DNA of 64,000 nt. Source: Macrostomum lignano. Taxonomy: Eukaryota. The stretch spans positions 62,001-126,000 of the forward strand of contig NIVC01001230.1 of the NCBI GenBank assembly GCA_002269645.1. The letters run 5' to 3'. The notes under the pieces are model-generated. The model had not been told where the DNA came from. It searched no databases and was given only the letters and a program-made list of their open reading frames with translations. A program made the translations under genes and the position numbers. Each line of letters begins with the position of its first letter. The stretch's first letter is position 1. Below are positions 57,053 to 64,000 of this stretch, piece by piece.

Positions 57053-58685
57053 TAATTCATAAAGTGACGCAGATGCGCTTCAGACACAACTCAGCGGTTC
57101 TACAGAGACTCTGGCACGCCTCAGGTACGGCTCTACGGCCCCAGAGTCACTTCAGAGTCGCAGACAATAAAACGCTTCAAATTGAAGTCTTAAGCGAACC
57201 TTTGACAACTTTTTGGCGACTTTCAACGTGTCGACATCCTGTCGTTAAAGCTCGCTAGAGTCACGTCTAGAGTCACTTCTTTGACTACATGTTATATTTT
57301 ACCACCAACGACTATGATACGACTCTGGGCGAATCCCCAAGCCTGACTTTGGGACGCTTCTTGGCCAATATTGGTGTTGTTTGAAGGATTGACTGGGCAA
57401 CAACAACACCTATCAGGGAGCTAAACAGTTTTCTGTTGCCCATCGAAATACAATGCGCTGCAGGCCCTCGACTGCGTGACTTACGTCGTGAAGCATTTCT
57501 ATGTGAGCTATGAAAAAATTAAAGGTACATGTTGTACGTGCATGTGCATTTCAAAAAAACTGTTTAATGAAAATTATCCATCATTTTTCAGCGAAGTTTT
57601 TCTTGCAACAATGCATGACATATGCATGATAATTCAGATGTCAATTGTAAATACTTCTCTGATATCTCGGGACGGGTGTTATCGAATTACGAGCGTACAT
57701 GTACATGTAAAGTTCATTTGACGCAACTAATGTACAATTGTACATTGAAGCGATGTGCTTCATCCATAATACGGATGTACGGATGTACTGCAGCTTCATG
57801 TCAGGAAAGATTTAATTATTTTTAGACACATTTTTTTGTTGGCATGAATTGCCCTTTTCGATCTAGCCATGGCCAGTACCACCAAGCATCTCAGTTTATA
57901 CAGCACCAGGGTGACACATGCAGCCGCGAAGCCTCTCTATCCGGCCCTCGGATCTTTTGAAACTTAATTATCACAATATCAACCCGGCCCGATAAATATA
58001 TAGTTTATATCTCTTCGATCTCTTCAGCTTCTTTCTCTCAATATCCTCTCTCTTTACTTTTTCTCCTCTGCTCCCCCTTGGGCCTCTCCTTTCCTCTCCA
58101 CTCCTGTCCTCTCCCTTCACTAATTTGTCTCATTTCTCCCCTTCTTTACTTTCATACCCTCTCTTCTCTCGGTACAGCATTGCGTCACTGCATATCTTTC
58201 TCAGTCAGTGATCGCGTACACTCTGTCCCTAGCTCTATTTATGCCAATCTAAGACCTTACGTATTTAATTTATAAAGAGCAAAAAGATAAGAGATTGAGC
58301 CTGAATCCAAAATCCACAAAGCCATCGTTCAACGGTGATAGTCGGTATTTTAATTTGCTTCCTAGAATTTTGTAAATTATATAGTTTTTCTTATTTCTAT
58401 AAAAATCACAGGCAAATCTTACTGATATTTAACTTCTGATATTTATTTTTGCTGATGTGAGTAAAGCAATTTGTTAAAACAATACACCCTTTCGAGAAGA
58501 TTTCCTGGAAAGTTTACTCATTTCCTTGAATTGGGTTTCCTTGTGTGTGTGTTTGTTATACATCTGATTCTGATAGAGATAGGCCTAGATAATCATTTCG
58601 ATTTTAACCAATCTTCACGACTTCACATGGAATTGATCCTATAATATATTCTTCTGCTTTATTTAAATTCAATTGATCGAACATA

Positions 58686-58870
58686 ATCCTATATACTAAA
58701 AATGTGATGTTTATATATATATATATATATATATGTGATAGATTAGAGAAAAAATGGCTGGACCGATTTTGTTCGAACTTGCACTGTTCGATCAGAAATT
58801 TTCCCGTGACGGTACATGCATCGTGGCTAAGAAATTGCTCAATGCTAGAGGCATTAAATATTCGAAAAAC
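58686..58870 (+). mobile_element. Possible non-autonomous Helitron-like 5' segment
   Basis: TCCTATATACTAAAAATG, (TA)n, AAAATGGCTGGACCGATTTT resembles short Helitron-derived repeats; no 3' hairpin/CTAG end recognised. Confidence 0.3.
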
Positions 58871-59265
58871 ATGCTTTTTTGCAAAGGTCAAGCAAACTTT
58901 TTGACTTGAAATGCATTGTAAGAATGCTAGAGAAAAAACTGACTGGTTGAATTCTGACTCTGAAATAGATTGCATCATAACTGAATTGTAACTCTGACTT
59001 GAATTGAAAATGCAGTGTGGAAGCCTAGCACCAGACTTGATTTAAATTGCGTAACCATATTGTTAACTGATACTGACTGACTGAGAAACTGATTATGTCA
59101 TAACTGCTTCGTGTGATTTACTCTATGCTTGGATTTTAAACTGTTGAATTATATATATATGTGCAAAATTTGATAAATGCAGCGACGATGGTTCGAATTT
59201 TCATAGAATATAATTTTTTCAATTAAAGCTTTTCAACGTCAGGAAAACTAAAAGACTTTTTAAAA

Positions 59266-62200
59266 AGAAGCGTCATATAAAAATCATAGAAGCGTCATAT
59301 AAAAATCATAGATGCGTCATTTAAAAAATCATAGAAGCATCGTATAAAAATCATAGAAGCGTCATGTAAACAATCATAGAAGCGTCATGTAAACAATCAT
59401 AGAAGCGCCATGTAAAAATCATAGAAGCGTCATGTAAACAATCATAGAAGCGTCATGTAAACAATCATAGAAGCGTCATGTCAAAATCATAGAAGCGTCA
59501 TGTAAACAATCATAGAAGCGTCATGAAACAATCATAGAAGCGTCATGAAACAATCATAGAAGCGTCATGTAAACAATCATAGAAGCGTCATATAAACAAT
59601 CATAGAAGCGTCATGTAAAAATCATAGAAGCGTCATGTAAACAATCATAGAAGCGTCATGAAACAATCATAGAAGCGTCATGTAAAAAATAATTAAAACG
59701 TCATGTAAAAATCATAGAAGCGTCATATAAACAATCATAAAAGCGTCATATAAACAATCATAGAAGCGTCATGTAAACAATCATAGAAGCGTCATGTAAA
59801 CAATCATAAAAGCGTCATATAAGAAGCATATAAGCGTCATATAAACAATCATAGAAGCGTCATATAAAAAATCATAGAAGCATCATGTAAAAAATCATAA
59901 AAGCATCATGAAAAAATCATAGAAGCGTCATGTAAACAATCATCGAAGCGTCATCTAAAAAGTCATAGAAGCGTCATGAAAAAATCATAGGAGCGTCATG
60001 AAAAAATCATAGAAGCGTCATGTAAGAAATCTTAGAAACGTCATGTAAAAAATCATAGAAACGTCATGTGAAATCAAAGAAGCGTCGTATAAACAATCAT
60101 AGAAGCGTCATATAAACAATCATAGAAGCGTCATATAAACAATCATAGAAGCGTCATGTAAACAATCATAGAAGCGTCATCTAAAAAGTCATAGAAGCGT
60201 CATGAAAAAATCATAGGAGCGTCATGTAAAAAGCATAGAAGCGTCATGTAGAAATCGTAGAAGCGTCATGAAATAATCATAGAAGCGTCATGTAAAAAGC
60301 ATAGAAGCGTCATGTAAACAATCATAGAAGCGTCATGTAAACAATCATAGAAGCGTCATGTAAACAATCACAGAAGCGTCATATAAGAAGCATATAAGCG
60401 TCATATAAACAATCATAGAAGCGCCATATAAACAATCATAGAAGCGTCATGTAAACAATCATAGAAGCGTCATGTAAACAATCATAGAAGCGTCATGAAA
60501 AAATCATAAAAGCGTCATGTAAACAATCATCGAAGCGTCATGTAAACAATCATAGAAGCGTCACGAAAAAATCATAAAAGCATCATGAAAAAATCATAGA
60601 AGCGTCATGTAAACAATCATCGAAGCGTCATCTAAAAAGTCATAGAAGCGTCATGAAAAAATCATAGGAGCGTCATGAAAAAATCATAGAAGCGTCATGT
60701 AAGAAATCTTAGAAGCGTCATGTAAAAAATCATAGAAACGTCATGTGAAATCAAAGAAGCGTCGTATAAACAATCATAGAAGCGTCATATAAACAATCAT
60801 AGAAGCGTCATATAAACAATCATAGAAGCGTCATGTAAACAATCATAGAAGCGTCATCTAAAAAGTCATAGAAGCGTCATGAAAAAATCATAGGAGCGTC
60901 ATGTAAAAAGCATAGAAGCGTCATGTAGAAATCGTAGAAGCGTCATGAAATAATCATAGAAGCGTCATGTAAAAAGCATAGAAGCGTCATGTAAACAATC
61001 ATAGAAGCGTCATGTAAACAATCATAGAAGCGTCATGTAAAAAATCATTAAAACGTCATGTAAAAATCATAGAAGCGTCATGTAAACAATCATAGAAGCG
61101 TCATGTAAACAATCATTGAAGCGTCATGTAAACAATCATAGAAGCGTCATGTAAACAATCACAGAAGCGTCATATAAGAAGCATATAAGCGTCATATAAA
61201 CAATCATAGAAGCGTCATATAAACAATCATAGAAGCGTCATGTAAACAATCATAGAAGCGTCATGTAAACAATCATCGAAGCGTCATCTAAAAAGTCATA
61301 GAAGCGTCACGAAAAAATCATAGGAGCGTCATGAAAAAATCATAGAAGCGTCATGTAAAAAATCATAGAAGCGTCATGTGAAAATCATAGTAGCGTCAGG
61401 TAAAAAATCATAGAAGCGTCATGAAAAAATCATAGAAGCGTCATGTAAAAATCAGAGAAGCGTCATATAAACAATCATAGAAGCGTCATGTAAAAAGCAT
61501 AGAAGCGTCATGTAAAAATTCATAGAATCGTCATGTAAAAAATCATAGAAGCGTCATGTAAACAATCATAGAAGCGTCATGTAAAAAATCATAGAAGCGT
61601 AATGTAAAAAGCATAGAAGCGTCATGTAAAAATCATATAAGCGTCATATAAACAATCATAGAAGCGTCATATAAACAATCATAGAAGCATCATGTAAAAA
61701 ATCATAAAAGCATCATGAAAAAATCATAGAAGCGTCATGTAAACAATCATCGAAGCGTCATCTAAAAAGTCATAGAAGCGTCATGAAAAAATCATAGGAG
61801 CGTCATGTAAAAAGCATAGAAGCGTCATGTAAAAAATCATAGAAGCGTCATGTAAAAAGCATAGAAGCGTCATGTAAAAATCATAGAAGCGTCGTATAAA
61901 CAATCATAGAAGCGTCATGTAAACAATCATAGAAGCGTCATGAAAAATCATAGAAGCGTCATATAATCAATCATAGAAGCGTCATATAAAAAAGCATAGA
62001 AGCGTCCTGCAGAAATCGTAGAAGCGTCATGAAATAATCATAGAAGCGTCATGTAAAAATCATAGAAGCGTCATGTAAAAAAGCATAGAAGCGTCATGTA
62101 AACAATCATAGAAGCGTCATGTAAACAATCATGGAAGCGTTATGTAAAAAATTCATAGAAGCGTCATGTAAAAAGCATAGAAGCGTCATATAAACAATCA

Positions 62201-62350
62201 TAGAAGCGTCATATAAAAAATCATAGAAGCATCATGTAATAATCATAGAAGCGTCATGAAAAAATCATAGGAGCCTCATTTAAAAACTAATGAAAGTGTC
62301 ATTTAAAAAATCAAGAAGCATCATGGTAGAATAAAAGAAGCGTCATGTCA
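59266..62350. repeat. ~3.1-kb satellite, 22-23-bp unit, with higher-order structure
   Basis: AATCATAGAAGCGTCATGTAAAC and variants; diagnostic variant blocks recur ~677 bp apart (60022 vs 60699). Confidence 0.96.
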
Positions 62351-62439
62351 GACATGAAGGGTGTCATGTAAAAATTAAATGCAGCTATAATGCTGTGCTG
62401 GGGAGAAAAACTGAGACGTAAAGGCTCTCAGAGAATAAC

Positions 62440-63480
62440 TGAGATTACGGGGGGGGTTTCTGAGATGTCAAAGCAAAAGTCAGAAGCTACTTCAAAGTTC
62501 ATGTACTTTACTCAATTTTTTATTGCATTATTTGTTGGCTCGCCACGGGGGGGGGGCGCTGATAGAAGAAGAGTCATGTAAAAAATAAAAGTAGCACTAT
62601 GTATACATAAAATAAAAGTCATGTCAAAGTTAAAAGATTCATTTGGGAATTGCTACGATGTCAAAGCTTGGTGGAAATCGTTATAGTGCTGTGATTCTTA
62701 AAGAAGGAATCACTAAAATGTCAAGGCTTAGGGGAGAAGAATTGCTGTGATTTCAAGGCTTTAGGTTGGGTTAAAGTTAGGTTTAAGTCAGGTGTGGGTT
62801 GAGGGTTATATTTTATCGCGTTTCAAGGTTAACAGGGGATTTTTTAGATTTCAAGGTTTATGGGGGCCATCGCTGACATGTCAAGGCTTACGGGGGGAAT
62901 AGCTGAGATGTCAAGGCTCACGGGGGTATAAATGAGATTTCAAGGCTAAAGTCAGAAGCTACATGTAGTTTATTGAAAACTTTTTATTACATTATTTGAT
63001 GCCTCCTCAGGGGAGGGATCGCTGATAAAAAAAGCGTAATGTAAAAAATAAAAGAAGCTTCATGTCGAAGTTAAGAGATTCATTTGGGAATCCCTACGAT
63101 GTCGAGGCTTGCAGGGAATCGCTATAATGCTGTAGTAGTGCTATAATGACTCTTAGAGAGAATTACTGAAATTTCAATGCTTTAGGGTTGGGTTAGGGTT
63201 AGGGTTAGGGTTAGGGTTAGGGTTAGGGTTAGGCTATAGGGTTAGGGTTAGGGTTAGGCTAGCGTTAGGGTTAGAAGGTTGACAGATATTTTTATATTTC
63301 CAAGGCTTATTGGGGGCATTGCTGAGATGTCAAGGGGGGAAGTTGATATGTTAAAGCTTGTGGGGGGGGATTACTGACATGTCAAGGCTTACAAGGTTTG
63401 ACAGGAGATTTTTTAAGATTTCAAGGATACATGTAGCTTATTAAAAAAACGTGCATTGCATTTCTTTGGCTCCCCAACGG
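62440..63480. repeat. Diverged tandem duplication (~450-480-bp unit) with GAGATGTCAAGGCTT-like subrepeats
   Basis: AAAGTCAGAAGCTAC, AGATTCATTTGGGAAT..CTACGATGTC and TAAAAAATAAAAG occur in the same order at ~62477-62700 and ~62948-63170. Confidence 0.7.
63182..63274 (+). repeat. Interstitial telomeric repeat (TTAGGG)n, ~15 units, partly degenerate
   Basis: TTAGGGTTGGGTTAGGGTTAGGG...; followed by non-telomeric sequence. Confidence 0.92.
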
Positions 63481-64000
63481 GGGGCGTAGATTGCTAGTTA
63501 GTAAACTAATTTCTTTTATTTTTTGGTCTTAATTCAGTATTAACACACACCTGGTAGTGGAACATACAACACTTTCAACTATATCAAGATTATGTTTACT
63601 AGTTAAAACTCTATTACACAAATAGAATTTTTTTAAGAAATTTATGCAATATAATTTACTGCCCTTCCCTTAGCCTGATAGCTATAGCTCCTTTTTTTCC
63701 TTTTTTCCTATTCCTTTTTTCAAGTCACAAGGCAAAGTTCTAAGGGGATGTTTTAGTTTCGAAAAATAAATCAGTCTAAGAATAGTTTTAATTGTACTGT
63801 TATATTTCCACACTTATAGGCCCTGCCATAACTAAAAAGAGTGATACACACACACTAGGCCCTAAGGCCTAATTATTTTTAGTGCAGTTTTGAGGTTAAA
63901 ATAATTTATGCATAATGCATATATAGAAAGAAGAATTAGAATTAGATAATTTACTAGCAATCTTCGCCCCCCGTTGGGGGACATCTGTATAGAATCTCTG

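Overview
Eukaryotic (spliceosomal-intron) genomic DNA, most likely from a free-living flatworm such as Macrostomum; this is inferred from the peptide families, GC-rich exons and minisatellite-filled introns. Host genes reconstructed by hand: two neuropeptide precursors (xDPLLx repeat precursor at 4.9-5.7 kb; a 3-exon WWP-peptide precursor at 54.4-54.8 kb absent from the ORF track), two intact and one decayed C-type lectin + PAN/apple genes, a 7-exon Cys-loop (nAChR-like) subunit, RPS12, DNA ligase IV (6 exons, every intron filled with a different minisatellite) and one orphan ORF. The centre (19.5-30.7 kb) is a nested cluster of two divergent Penelope-like retroelement (PLE) families, both bordered by (CT)n and carrying minimal hammerhead ribozymes. 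The most striking observation: both families have a two-ORF layout, with an SGNH-like ORF1 whose stop codon directly follows a canonical -1 slippery heptamer (A AAA AAC; U UUA AAC). The RT-GIY-YIG ORF is in the -1 frame and has no start ATG. The rest is LINE, Gypsy, Tc1 and TIR-element remnants, satellites and a short interstitial (TTAGGG)n tract. All calls were made by eye; no database searches were run.
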